Positions 36,550-45,778 of a stretch of DNA of 64,000 bases are shown here, piece after piece. Within the stretch, counting starts at the first letter, position 1. Each line of letters starts with the position of its first letter. The notes beneath the pieces are model-generated. The model saw only the letters and a program-made list of their open reading frames with translations. It had not been told where the DNA came from and did not search any database. A program made the position numbers and the translations under genes. Source of the DNA: a virus (Duplodnaviria > Caudoviricetes); the IMG/VR virus record IMGVR_UViG_3300047375_000738. One strand, 5' to 3'.

Positions 36550-37551
36550 ATGAACGTTAGATTCAACAGTGGCTATTTTAGCTTTAAGGGTAGAAACATC
36601 GAAGTGGCAGATAAAGTACTTCCATTATCACAAGGATTCAAGATAGGTGTTCGCGGCGGCTACGTAACAGTAGACGGTAGTGCAGTGTCTGGTTATCCAG
36701 ATCGCAATATCAAAGTCTATGTAGACAGTGAGCAAGACTTCGTTGAAGTTGATGACTCCGTAGCCGTCGCTGCTCCTGAAGACGAGAGTGATGCTGCAAT
36801 TGTAGAACGCTTGCGCAAACGTTTTAACATGCTAGGCGACATGACTAAGGCAGTCAAGAAGGGTGATGTACGTGCAATGATCGTAAGTGGCCCTCCAGGT
36901 GTAGGCAAGTCGCATGGTGTTGAAGAAGTACTAGACCGCTACAAGACTCTAGAAGCCTTAGGAGGTACACGCAAGTATGAAGTGATCAAAGGTGCTATGT
37001 CACCTATTGGATTGTACTGCAAGCTCTATGGCATGGCAGACAAAGGTAACGTTGTGGTATTTGATGACTGTGACAGCATCTTCCAAGACGATCTAAGCCT
37101 TAACATTCTAAAAGCTGCACTAGACAGCAAGGGTCGTAGAATGATCCATTGGAACACTGATTCATTCAAGCTGCGCAACGAAGGTGTGCCAGACTCGTTT
37201 GAGTTTAAAGCATCTGCTATCTTTATTACCAACATGAAGTTTGACAAAGTCAAAGGCAAGCTAAAGGAGCACCTAGAAGCACTAGAGTCACGTTGCCACT
37301 ATATGGACCTTACAATTGACACAGACCGTGACAAGATGCTGCGTATCAAGCAGGTTGTGATGGACGGTATGCTCAATGCATACAAGCTAGATCAAGAGAT
37401 CAAGGACGAGATCGTAGACTTCGTTGATATTAATAAGAACCGACTACGTGAGCTGTCATTGCGTACAGTGCTCAAGGTAGCGGATCTAGCAGTGGCATTC
37501 CCAGACGATTGGGAAGCCTTTGCAGAGAATACGGTGATGCGTCGAGCATAG
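36550..37551 (+). CDS. AAA+-type P-loop ATPase
   Basis: Walker A SGPPGVGKS, Walker B VVVFDDCD, sensor FITN, ALESRC Arg finger; start moved to MNVRFN. Confidence 0.8.
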   Translation: MNVRFNSGYFSFKGRNIEVADKVLPLSQGFKIGVRGGYVTVDGSAVSGYPDRNIKVYVDSEQDFVEVDDSVAVAAPEDESDAAIVERLRKRFNMLGDMTKAVKKGDVRAMIVSGPPGVGKSHGVEEVLDRYKTLEALGGTRKYEVIKGAMSPIGLYCKLYGMADKGNVVVFDDCDSIFQDDLSLNILKAALDSKGRRMIHWNTDSFKLRNEGVPDSFEFKASAIFITNMKFDKVKGKLKEHLEALESRCHYMDLTIDTDRDKMLRIKQVVMDGMLNAYKLDQEIKDEIVDFVDINKNRLRELSLRTVLKVADLAVAFPDDWEAFAENTVMRRA

Positions 37552-37572
37552 AGCTCCGCACATCGTACAAAC

Positions 37573-37686
37573 GCTGCTAAAGGTGCCCTCCCTTAGCAGC
37601 ACATAGGAAGCAATGCAATGCCCTCACGCTGCGCTTCCAACCATGTAGCAGCAGGACCGCCCTCATCCTGCTGCTACAATTCTTTT
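37573..37686 (+). ncRNA. Candidate three-hairpin sRNA with GCCCUC loops (cuckoo-like architecture)
   Basis: Stems 37573-37600, 37606-37638 (imperfect), 37644-37678 (13 bp); GCCCTC in every loop; T-rich tail. Confidence 0.7.
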
Positions 37687-37757
37687 AAAATAGTGGTTGA
37701 CAACTGAGTATTCTCATGCTATATTATATGTATAGTTAGACACAACGGAGGGCTCCA

Positions 37758-38036
37758 ATGGCATACTACACTCACACAAAGGATCCAGTTGGTGCATTCC
37801 AAGAGAAGGACACTGGCAACTGGTTTGAATGGAGCATCAACAACGATGTGCTCAATAACATCAACGAAGACTTTCCACACAAGGTTTGGACTGGTGGTGC
37901 AGGCGTGTGTGGCGATCAAGGATATCGTTATGCTCACGTGATGAAGACTCGTGTGGTAGTGTGTGTAGACGAAGACGAGTTTGGTCTTCCTGTAGTAGAG
38001 AAATGGTATACCAAGAAACATAATATTTATGGTTGA
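37758..38036 (+). CDS. Early hypothetical protein
   Basis: GAGGGC RBS; stop inside next -35 box. Confidence 0.7.
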   Translation: MAYYTHTKDPVGAFQEKDTGNWFEWSINNDVLNNINEDFPHKVWTGGAGVCGDQGYRYAHVMKTRVVVCVDEDEFGLPVVEKWYTKKHNIYG

Positions 38037-38091
38037 CAACTAGTACAACCTGTCGTATACTATTAATATAAACAGACATTAGGAGGGCTCC

Positions 38092-38310
38092 ATGTCAACA
38101 GAATTAAAAAGCAACACCAAAGATGTAAGCCTTACACGCTTCTGGGGAGGAGAACTTAAAGTTCAAGTCACTACACCTCGTGCTGCCAACTTAGGTCCGC
38201 TGACTACAGCAGACAAGTTCTTCCAAAGCATACAGCTCAGCAAAGACGAAGCTAGGTCATTAGCACTAGACTTGTTCCGCTTCGCAGAAGATCAATCGGA
38301 GGAATTGTAA
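38092..38310 (+). CDS. Early hypothetical protein
   Basis: GAGGGC RBS; LTRFWGG motif. Confidence 0.7.
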   Translation: MSTELKSNTKDVSLTRFWGGELKVQVTTPRAANLGPLTTADKFFQSIQLSKDEARSLALDLFRFAEDQSEEL

Positions 38311-38438
38311 TGACTCGCAAGGAATGGGTAGGCGAACTGTTTGGTTACGCTGTTATCGCAATATTCGCATTTGGATGGATTGACTTTGGACAAGGACCTA
38401 GTCTTACTTGGTGGAATTTAATTCAATTTTTTGGTTGA
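38310..38438 (+). CDS. 42-aa early membrane peptide
   Basis: MTRKEWVGELFGYAVIAIFAFGWIDF...; TAATG coupling; stop inside -35 box. Confidence 0.55.
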   Translation: MTRKEWVGELFGYAVIAIFAFGWIDFGQGPSLTWWNLIQFFG

Positions 38439-38498
38439 CAGCATACCAATCCTGTCGTATAATATTAGTATAAACAAAACAATGTAGAGGGCATTTAC

Positions 38499-38768
38499 AT
38501 GAAACGCAATTTAAGAACAGCATACAATCAATTGAACAAGATTGGTTGTCCAACTATTGAAGGTGGATACTACGGCGAAGACAGCTTTCGCATCAGTGCA
38601 GAGAGTGGTGATGAGCACCACACATGGGCTGACTACTATATGATGACAGACGGTGATTGCACTGGCTACATCATGGGCGTAAGCAACCGTATCAATGATA
38701 TACTGGATCCACTGGGCTTGTATGCCGAATGGATCAATCCAGGTGTCCTAGCAGTGTGTGAGGCCTAA
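38499..38768 (+). CDS. Early hypothetical protein
   Basis: GAGGGC RBS; EWINPG motif. Confidence 0.7.
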   Translation: MKRNLRTAYNQLNKIGCPTIEGGYYGEDSFRISAESGDEHHTWADYYMMTDGDCTGYIMGVSNRINDILDPLGLYAEWINPGVLAVCEA

Positions 38769-38769
38769 T

Positions 38770-39042
38770 ATGAAAAACCTCAACAACTATATAAACGAAA
38801 ACTTGATGTTCGGTGGCTTTTATGGCACCAACATCACCTTTCCACTTAGCCAGAAGAGTGTGGACACTATTGCACGTAGACTGGACAGAGATTTGTCACC
38901 TGAGAACCTACACTGTGATGGAGAGATAAGCCACGCTGAAGCAGAGCGCAAGTATCAGTTCTATGGTCGGGTGATCCGCGAGCTTGAGAACTATTGTCTC
39001 AACAACTGGTTGAACTCTCCTGTGGTAGAAGAATATTATTAA
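38770..39042 (+). CDS. Early hypothetical protein
   Basis: Start MKNLNNY; LSPENLHCDGE motif. Confidence 0.65.
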   Translation: MKNLNNYINENLMFGGFYGTNITFPLSQKSVDTIARRLDRDLSPENLHCDGEISHAEAERKYQFYGRVIRELENYCLNNWLNSPVVEEYY

Positions 39043-39117
39043 TTAAATGGTTGACAGTATACGGTAGATGTCGTATACTGTTACTATAAGTTAAACATTG
39101 TAAGAGGGCAAAACACA

Positions 39118-39540
39118 ATGGCATATGTATCACAAGCAGACAAAAAATCATTAGCACCAGCTATCAAGGCAGTGCTCAACAAGTATGGTATGAAAGGTTC
39201 AATCCGTGTGCGCAATCATTCAACACTGTGTGTAACAGTTAAGAGTGGTGGCATTGACTTCTCAGACTACATGCGTGGAGAAGCCTACATTGATGTCAAC
39301 GAGTATTGGATCGATCAACACTATTCAGGCATTGCTCGCAACTTCCTAAACGAACTATTGGACGCAATGAAAGGTCCTAACTACTTCAACAATGATGATG
39401 CGATGACAGACTACTTCCACCGCAGCCACTACACTGATATCACTATTGGTACAGCGTGGAACAAGCCTTACACCTACATGCCCAACAGCATTCCAAACGA
39501 ACTAAAGGTGGATGCAACTAAGGCAGCCTACATAGTATAA
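39118..39540 (+). CDS. Early hypothetical protein
   Basis: GAGGGC RBS; NNDDAMTDYF motif. Confidence 0.7.
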   Translation: MAYVSQADKKSLAPAIKAVLNKYGMKGSIRVRNHSTLCVTVKSGGIDFSDYMRGEAYIDVNEYWIDQHYSGIARNFLNELLDAMKGPNYFNNDDAMTDYFHRSHYTDITIGTAWNKPYTYMPNSIPNELKVDATKAAYIV

Positions 39541-39610
39541 GAGGTTGACAGTATACGGCATGTGTCGTATACTGTATGTATATTAACAAACAAGATATGA
39601 GGGTATCACA

Positions 39611-39895
39611 ATGACTATGATTAATACAGTACTAGATCAAATCCAACGCATGGACAACGACGAACTCAATAGAGTTATTGCAGCAGTCAAGAGTCAGCGA
39701 ACATACATTGCTCGCAACATGACACGCAAGCTGAGGGTAGGTGATGTAGTCACCTTTGAAGGCAGAGGTGGTGCGACTGTTACTGGTAGTGTGCGCAAGA
39801 TCAATCCTAAGACTGTGCTAGTAAAGGACAGGGCTAGTGCTACTACATGGAAGGTTACAGCTACGCTTCTAACACCATTGCACGTAGGAGAATAG
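39611..39895 (+). CDS. Early protein, SH3/KOW-like C-terminus
   Basis: LRVGDVVTF...GSVRKINPKTVLV; GAGGGT RBS. Confidence 0.65.
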   Translation: MTMINTVLDQIQRMDNDELNRVIAAVKSQRTYIARNMTRKLRVGDVVTFEGRGGATVTGSVRKINPKTVLVKDRASATTWKVTATLLTPLHVGE

Positions 39896-39955
39896 GCAGC
39901 TAGGAGCCTGTTGAGACTCGTAGGGAGTTAGACTATCCTAGACTACACTAGACGG

Positions 39956-39989
39956 AGAGGCAATCAGAAATGGTTGTCTCTTTTTCTTT
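39956..39989 (+). terminator. Intrinsic terminator closing the early island
   Basis: AGAGGCAATCA-GAAA-TGGTTGTCTCT then TTTTCTTT. Confidence 0.8.
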
Positions 39990-40381
39990 GGTCGGTCACT
40001 AACGAAAAAAAAAAAATTTTGAGAGGTCGGTCGCTTAGTATATTATACAATTAATACAAGCACTTAGCTAGTAGTGGGGTTGCAAAATCACCACCGTGAA
40101 AGCATAAGTACTTCTCTATAAAAAACTGCGCAGCAAAATTTTTACCCTGCAGGACCCATTTCGGATATATAACTGTATGCACGGTGATAGAGGAAATCCT
40201 AAGATAGTTGTACTAATGATTGGTCTATGTGTGTTTCTACACTTTATACTAATACCCGTATGGATGTATCTTTTAGGACTATAACGTTCTCGACTATATC
40301 GAGCAACACGAAGTGAGTCAATAGACGACACGTAGTGCAGCGAAGTTATCGAGTATACGAGATATTCACTATAAATACTGT

Positions 40382-40636
40382 ATGGCTCAATGGTTTGTTA
40401 CTGTACATAGGTCAAGTGAAGATCCGTTCAATTATCCTTATTTGGGTAAAGTACAATACTTCAAGGTAGAGCTAATGCATCATCGTTTTAGTATACTAGA
40501 GCATCCTGACTATCCCGGTAGTCATCGTGCTAGGTTTATTGCACTACATGAATGTGATAGTCGCATAACATATGTAGCTATGAAATATCACGATTGCATA
40601 CCGTTCTCTTATGATAAAATGACTTCTTTTGTATAA
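40382..40636 (+). CDS. Hypothetical protein
   Basis: TATAAATA 4 nt before ATG. Confidence 0.55.
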   Translation: MAQWFVTVHRSSEDPFNYPYLGKVQYFKVELMHHRFSILEHPDYPGSHRARFIALHECDSRITYVAMKYHDCIPFSYDKMTSFV

Positions 40637-40639
40637 CCT

Positions 40640-40681
40640 TGTCGTACGGTAGCTAACGGCATGTCGTACGGGGCCGTATGA
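40640..40681. repeat. Iteron-related motifs right of the early island
   Basis: TGTCGTACGG at 40640 and 40662 (22 nt apart); CCGTATGA at 40674. Confidence 0.7.
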
Positions 40682-40780
40682 GTATGGTGTGTATGTTTTT
40701 TATAGTGTATATGGTCCACTAGTATGGTACTAGAATTTTTTGCTGCAAGCTGCTTCGCAGCTATTTGCGGCGCTAAACCA

Positions 40781-41914
40781 CTACGTGGCTTGTTGGCGAA
40801 GTGCAGTTTTTTTAGCCATGTGCCACAACCAATTGCTTGTTTCTGGTCTTTCTACACTAGGGTCGGTTCTAGTACATTCAAACTCTGGTGGCAGTGGGTT
40901 GTGCTGTGTTCTAGTGTGCAGTACACTTCTATTGTGTATACTATCTTGGCGTGGTGGGTCACTGTGTAGATACTGTGCGAGTCTAGCGGCACCGTCTGCT
41001 ATAGTGTCGTATTCAGGTATTTCAAAGTCATAGCCAAGCTCTACTAGATCTCTGATATAGTGTTGAGCTCCAAATGGATGCACACTTCTACCAACTGCAA
41101 ACACTTTGAATAGTTTTTCAGTGTGTATAATTCCTTCAGTGGGATTTAGTGCATGGCTATCACCAACCCAAACAGTGTGTGCATTAGCTATAGCAATTCC
41201 AATTCCTCCTTTGCCCATTATATCATGTTCTCGCATGTTCCACGGACCTTGGCGGTGTGTGAAAGCTCTAGGAAGAAGCTGTATTTCTCGATGGTTGCCC
41301 ACTCTACGGTAGAATCTAAGAGCGTGATCAGGGTCTGCATACAGCTCAGGTACAAAATGATTTCTCCAGGTTTCGTTTGCGACAGTGGCCCAGTAGTTGG
41401 TGTTGCCCATACTAGCGTACACACTGTGCTGTGTTTGGTGTGTCAAGTGATGATATATCACCATTCGTTCAGGTGCAATTCGTCTGCTCATCCACAGTAT
41501 ATCTCTAGTGGGTTTGAGTTCTTGATAGCGCCACCATGTACTGCAGGATTTTACAGTTTGATGTTCCCAGCTGTTGTACACAAACCCGCCTTCACCAGGT
41601 AAATCACAACTGCGCACTTGAGCAGGGCTAATCAGTGCATAGTACACTCGAGTGGCTTTGCTAAGTTTTACTAGCATTTTGCGTAGACCTGCGGGTACAC
41701 TGGGCCAGCCAATAGCTTCTGTGCCACAGTATACTATTACAGCTTCACTAGCGTACACACTTGAAGGCAGTGGACGTGCATTGTCTGCTAGTGTTTCGTA
41801 GTCAATTACACACAGATGGTTTTCAGTGTTGTCCACTAGAGGCAGTAGGTTTACACACATTAGTTCTCTTGCAAGTTCTTCGTAGTGAGGAGTAAATGCA
41901 TACTGTTTATTCAT
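40781..41914 (-). CDS. TEK-motif protein, putative glycosyltransferase-like (paralog C)
   Basis: IHTEKLFKVFAVGRSVHPFG. Confidence 0.4.
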   Translation of the reverse strand: MNKQYAFTPHYEELARELMCVNLLPLVDNTENHLCVIDYETLADNARPLPSSVYASEAVIVYCGTEAIGWPSVPAGLRKMLVKLSKATRVYYALISPAQVRSCDLPGEGGFVYNSWEHQTVKSCSTWWRYQELKPTRDILWMSRRIAPERMVIYHHLTHQTQHSVYASMGNTNYWATVANETWRNHFVPELYADPDHALRFYRRVGNHREIQLLPRAFTHRQGPWNMREHDIMGKGGIGIAIANAHTVWVGDSHALNPTEGIIHTEKLFKVFAVGRSVHPFGAQHYIRDLVELGYDFEIPEYDTIADGAARLAQYLHSDPPRQDSIHNRSVLHTRTQHNPLPPEFECTRTDPSVERPETSNWLWHMAKKTALRQQAT

Positions 41915-42278
41915 GACTGCACCATTCCTCTAGAACACTGCTACTCTTACCCCAAACTATTACTTGTGTCATAGGAATATTGTCCTGCAGATTGGTGTAT
42001 AGTTCCAGTGTTTGTCTGTTACTCCAGCTGGGCAATTCTAGTAACACCAGTGCAGTACTCCATTGTCTAACGATGCTCATGTGCTTGTCCCATATGTAGT
42101 GTGCAGTGGGTATTCCAGTGCTTATTTCATTGGCATCATACACAAACAAACTGCCGCTGGCATAAGGTCGACTGTGATGTCTTGGTAGATAATGATGCCA
42201 CTTTAGTCTATACAGCCATAGCTTTGGATTTGCATAAGCAGTGTTTAGATGCAGTTGCTTACGCATATCTAGCTCCAA
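41907..42278 (-). CDS. Hypothetical protein
   Basis: Overlap-coupled to flanking genes. Confidence 0.5.
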   Translation of the reverse strand: MELDMRKQLHLNTAYANPKLWLYRLKWHHYLPRHHSRPYASGSLFVYDANEISTGIPTAHYIWDKHMSIVRQWSTALVLLELPSWSNRQTLELYTNLQDNIPMTQVIVWGKSSSVLEEWCSHE

Positions 42279-43326
42279 TGTTTTCGAAGTCTGCTACACT
42301 GCCTGTGTATTGTTCTATATGGTCGTGTAGTATTGGATTGTTGTGCCGAGTGTCCATACTATACAGTTGTTCACAAGCACGATGTACTGCAACAAATGCA
42401 TCAAAATGGTCTGTTCCTGGTATCTCCAACCACGTGAGTATTTGCGGTTCTGTGATAGCCTGTGCATATATATCTTTAAGCTCTTTGGGCATATTGCGCA
42501 AGTCCAAGTACGCTGGAGACTGTATCATTTCCATAGTACAGTTCCACTGTGGGTAGTGTTTGGCAAACCAATTACGCATACTGGTTTGATCCATTGCATT
42601 GTATATGCCAACAGCACTGTGTATAGTAACGTCAGTGGTGTATTTTTTCCATGCATCAAATCTGGCTATTTCTTTTGCCAACGGCTCTGCGCCTTGTCTC
42701 ACCATTTGATTAACACCGTCTAGTCCGTCCCTGCTGATTATAACTCTTAGACTTTTTGCTGTACTCAACATCTCGTGATACAACTCAGGTATGCTTACGC
42801 TGTTGTTGGTTATAATTTCTAAGTCAATTGTACTCCAGTTGATACGTTCCTTGCTCCACTCTACAAACTGTTTGAAGCCGCTGCTGACCAAAGGCTCACC
42901 TCCAAACATCTTTACTCTAGTAATAGTTTCCCATGGCAACTGTTTGTATTTTGTATTGTGTAGGTATTTGGCTTCAGCAACAGTATTGCCTAGGAACTTG
43001 CTTTCACGTTTTGCTGCTAGATGAGAGTATTCACTGCTGCACATCACACATTCAAAGTTGCATATATTATCTACACTGAGATCAACACTGGTTATATTGT
43101 CGCTGTAGGGTAGATATTGATTGAAGCGATCACGTAGATTAGGCTGTTTGTGTTTAGAAAAATTATCACAGCCACTACAGCCTTCAATAGATTTTCCTTG
43201 CATCATTTGTTTTTTTGTATCTTCTCGATCAAACTCTAGACTAGATGGCCAGAAGCAACAGGGTGTTTGATTTCCCTGTGGGGTAATGTGTACGTTACTC
43301 CATACTGCTGAACAAGAAGTTTTCAT
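42259..43326 (-). CDS. Radical SAM protein with N-terminal SPASM/twitch-like Cys cluster
   Basis: CNFECVMC (CxxxCxxC), FGGEPL, ITNNS; N-terminal C...PCCFW...CSGC. Confidence 0.85.
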   Translation of the reverse strand: MKTSCSAVWSNVHITPQGNQTPCCFWPSSLEFDREDTKKQMMQGKSIEGCSGCDNFSKHKQPNLRDRFNQYLPYSDNITSVDLSVDNICNFECVMCSSEYSHLAAKRESKFLGNTVAEAKYLHNTKYKQLPWETITRVKMFGGEPLVSSGFKQFVEWSKERINWSTIDLEIITNNSVSIPELYHEMLSTAKSLRVIISRDGLDGVNQMVRQGAEPLAKEIARFDAWKKYTTDVTIHSAVGIYNAMDQTSMRNWFAKHYPQWNCTMEMIQSPAYLDLRNMPKELKDIYAQAITEPQILTWLEIPGTDHFDAFVAVHRACEQLYSMDTRHNNPILHDHIEQYTGSVADFENIGARYA

Positions 43327-43331
43327 TATAA

Positions 43332-44018
43332 CTACTTATTATCAAGTACAGCTAGTACTTTCTCTTTTAGTCTTTGATTTGTTTGTATACCAGGATGTGC
43401 TAAGTCTCTAGCAGTATCCACATGATTGTCCATAAACCAATCTCTGTCATTGTCAATAATAAACATGTTGTTGTGAAATGTTTTCAATGCAGTAACATTT
43501 TTTTGTTTGTTTAATTTGTAGTTTTGTTTATGCTGAAAAAGATTTCCCCAAGGTGTGTTTTCAAATACATGATGTTCATGTATGCTCACGTTGCCATAAG
43601 GAATAACTTCATATCGAATACTAGGCGGCTCCAGTATAAAAACAAATTTAGGATTTAATTTTTCAATCCAATACGAACTAATCCTGTATATGCTATCCCA
43701 CGAACCGCCACCTAGTCCTAAGTTATAACAGGCTAAATCTAGCTCTTGTGCTACCAATGTTGCCCAGGTGTTTTGTATAGGCAACCCTATGCCTATGGTG
43801 TAACTGCAACCTAAGAATACCGCATTATCTTCTACATCAAACTCTTTGCATCTAAACCCTTTGCTGTTGAACTTGTATGTAAAAGAATTGTTGATCCATG
43901 GAGAAAGTTCTTGTGCATTTTGTTTGAGATTGTATTTGTACAGTTGCTTGGTATCCCCAGGCAACCAATTGATTTCTTGATTTATTAATTCAGGATATGC
44001 TGAATTATCCATCTCCAT
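43332..44018 (-). CDS. SGNH-like protein
   Basis: FLGCSYT, YNLGLGGGS, DLAHPG. Confidence 0.5.
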   Translation of the reverse strand: MEMDNSAYPELINQEINWLPGDTKQLYKYNLKQNAQELSPWINNSFTYKFNSKGFRCKEFDVEDNAVFLGCSYTIGIGLPIQNTWATLVAQELDLACYNLGLGGGSWDSIYRISSYWIEKLNPKFVFILEPPSIRYEVIPYGNVSIHEHHVFENTPWGNLFQHKQNYKLNKQKNVTALKTFHNNMFIIDNDRDWFMDNHVDTARDLAHPGIQTNQRLKEKVLAVLDNK

Positions 44019-44252
44019 TTATTTCTCTCCAACAAAATCTAGCTCTGAATGTTTAAGTTTTAAAAACGTAAAATGCTTTTGTGATAGTTCAGCATAATAA
44101 TACATCTTGTCAGGTGTATACTCGACCCACATACGACTGCTGTATTTTTTAATTTCATCTGCAACCGTTTCACCAACTTGATGTGCAAACGGATCCCACG
44201 GACTAAGCTCAAGAAAGTCTGGCGTGTTTGAACTAGCAATACATACCTTCAT
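44019..44252 (-). CDS. Hypothetical protein
   Basis: 77 aa, coupled to helicase stop. Confidence 0.55.
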   Translation of the reverse strand: MKVCIASSNTPDFLELSPWDPFAHQVGETVADEIKKYSSRMWVEYTPDKMYYYAELSQKHFTFLKLKHSELDFVGEK

Positions 44253-45661
44253 TCAGTACCCAAGTTATTAATAAAGTTACGTAGTTGCGTACTATCAGCA
44301 TCTGCTTTGAGCTTTGGCGCACTTGATCCACTAACTGGATCTTGTACTGGTGCATTGCTACGTTTAATATTGTCTAAGATGTTGCTGCCTGTAGTTGTAC
44401 TAGTTGCACCATCGTCATCATCATCGCCCAAGTCTTCAATGCGCAGTGTGTCTAAGTTAAAGCCTAGATCAATCTTTTGTCCTACTCCACTTGAGTTACG
44501 TGTTTTCATCAACTGTAGCTGATAGCGTCCACGTTCACGCATAGCTCTACTTGTAAAGATACCAAACACGTTGTCCGCAGTCTGGATCTTACTAAGTCCA
44601 CCACTGATGTGCGAGTGATCAAATTCAATCTCTTCCACAGCACCTCTGTTTAACTGTGCTGCTGTTACAAACACTGTGTTCAATTCCATTGCTAGGTTAC
44701 GTAGTTCTTCACTTACGTACTTGTCTTTGATAAACAAGTTCTCTGCACTTACCTTTGTGCTTGCTGGCATCAACAAGTCCAAGTAGTCAATCAGCAGTAC
44801 GTCTACCTTCTTGCCTGTTTTAATCTCATACTCTTTAATGTAGCTACGTACATCGTTTGCTGTCTTGCCACTTGGCATATACTTGACTTGGAATGCACCC
44901 GACTTCTTGCCAATAATCTTAACCTTCATTTCAACATCGTCAATGCTCTTAAACACATCACGACTTGGAATGCCTGTGGTCATACTATCAAGTCTCATAC
45001 TAACTAGACTCTCTGCAAGCTCTAGTGTCAAGTAGATTACATTCAAGCCTTTCTCAGCCATGTTAACGCCAATGTTAGCAAGGAACAAACTCTTACCTGC
45101 ACCCGAACCACCTGCAAAGATATTCAGCTCGCCTCTGTTGAAGCCGCCAAACAGTTTCTTATCCATAGCTGGCCAGCCTGTGCTTACCTGTCCGTTAGTA
45201 CTCTTGATGCCTTCTAGTCTAGCTCTTGGATCAGCATAGTAGTCTGTACCCAAGTCTTTTTGCAAACCAATCTGTACAGCCTTCTTAACTAGATCCTCGC
45301 ACTGCCCATAGTCACCGTTCTCTAACAAGTCGGCACTCTTTAGGATTGCTGCTTCTAGTGCCTTGTGTTTACTAAACGTTTCAAACTCTTGCATCAGCCA
45401 GTCATAGTGATTTTCTTGTAGCTGCCCTGGATCTTTTAAATTAATATCAGTTGCTGCATTAATCATATCAAACGTAGGCAATGCATTGTGTTCACTAACA
45501 TAATTGTTTAAAAACTCTGCTGGTGCCTTTAGTCTTCTATCAAAACTATCTGGATCAAACACAGCCTGACAACGTACAAAGCTCTCGGCATCGCTCATCA
45601 TCATTTCAAGATATACTTTCTGTATATCATATCCATAGTCTGTGTTTTGTCTAGTTGCCAT
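44249..45661 (-). CDS. DnaB-like replicative helicase (T4 gp41-type)
   Basis: GGSGAGKS, TLELAE, LLIDYLDL, TAAQLNR, QLMKTRNS. Confidence 0.93.
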   Translation of the reverse strand: MATRQNTDYGYDIQKVYLEMMMSDAESFVRCQAVFDPDSFDRRLKAPAEFLNNYVSEHNALPTFDMINAATDINLKDPGQLQENHYDWLMQEFETFSKHKALEAAILKSADLLENGDYGQCEDLVKKAVQIGLQKDLGTDYYADPRARLEGIKSTNGQVSTGWPAMDKKLFGGFNRGELNIFAGGSGAGKSLFLANIGVNMAEKGLNVIYLTLELAESLVSMRLDSMTTGIPSRDVFKSIDDVEMKVKIIGKKSGAFQVKYMPSGKTANDVRSYIKEYEIKTGKKVDVLLIDYLDLLMPASTKVSAENLFIKDKYVSEELRNLAMELNTVFVTAAQLNRGAVEEIEFDHSHISGGLSKIQTADNVFGIFTSRAMRERGRYQLQLMKTRNSSGVGQKIDLGFNLDTLRIEDLGDDDDDGATSTTTGSNILDNIKRSNAPVQDPVSGSSAPKLKADADSTQLRNFINNLGTE

Positions 45662-45778
45662 TCTTTGCTTCCGTTATATGTGATTGCGATTTTACTTGTC
45701 CGCACGTTTTACAATATCTTATTATAACACAAAACTTGTGGTTGTCAACTTCAATTACTTCTGAATGCTGAGATTGTA

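Larger units (their letters stand above)
32777..39573 (+). promoter_or_regulatory. Twelve early sigma70-type promoters
   Basis: TTGACA at 32777, 33141, 33553, 34865, 35350, 35944, 36491, 37697, 38033, 38435, 39051, 39545; each exactly 17 nt from TATA(T/G/C/A)T. Confidence 0.9.

Noticed and set aside
40116-41602. Short ORFs 40116..40331, 40724..40969, 40740..41033 and 41153..41602
   Set aside because: No RBS or promoter; they lie in the repeat-rich spacer or antisense to the 377-aa gene.
45650-45725. Possible CxxC micro-ORF (IRYCKTCGQVK...) upstream of the helicase
   Set aside because: No ATG/GTG/TTG start downstream of the promoter; not supportable.
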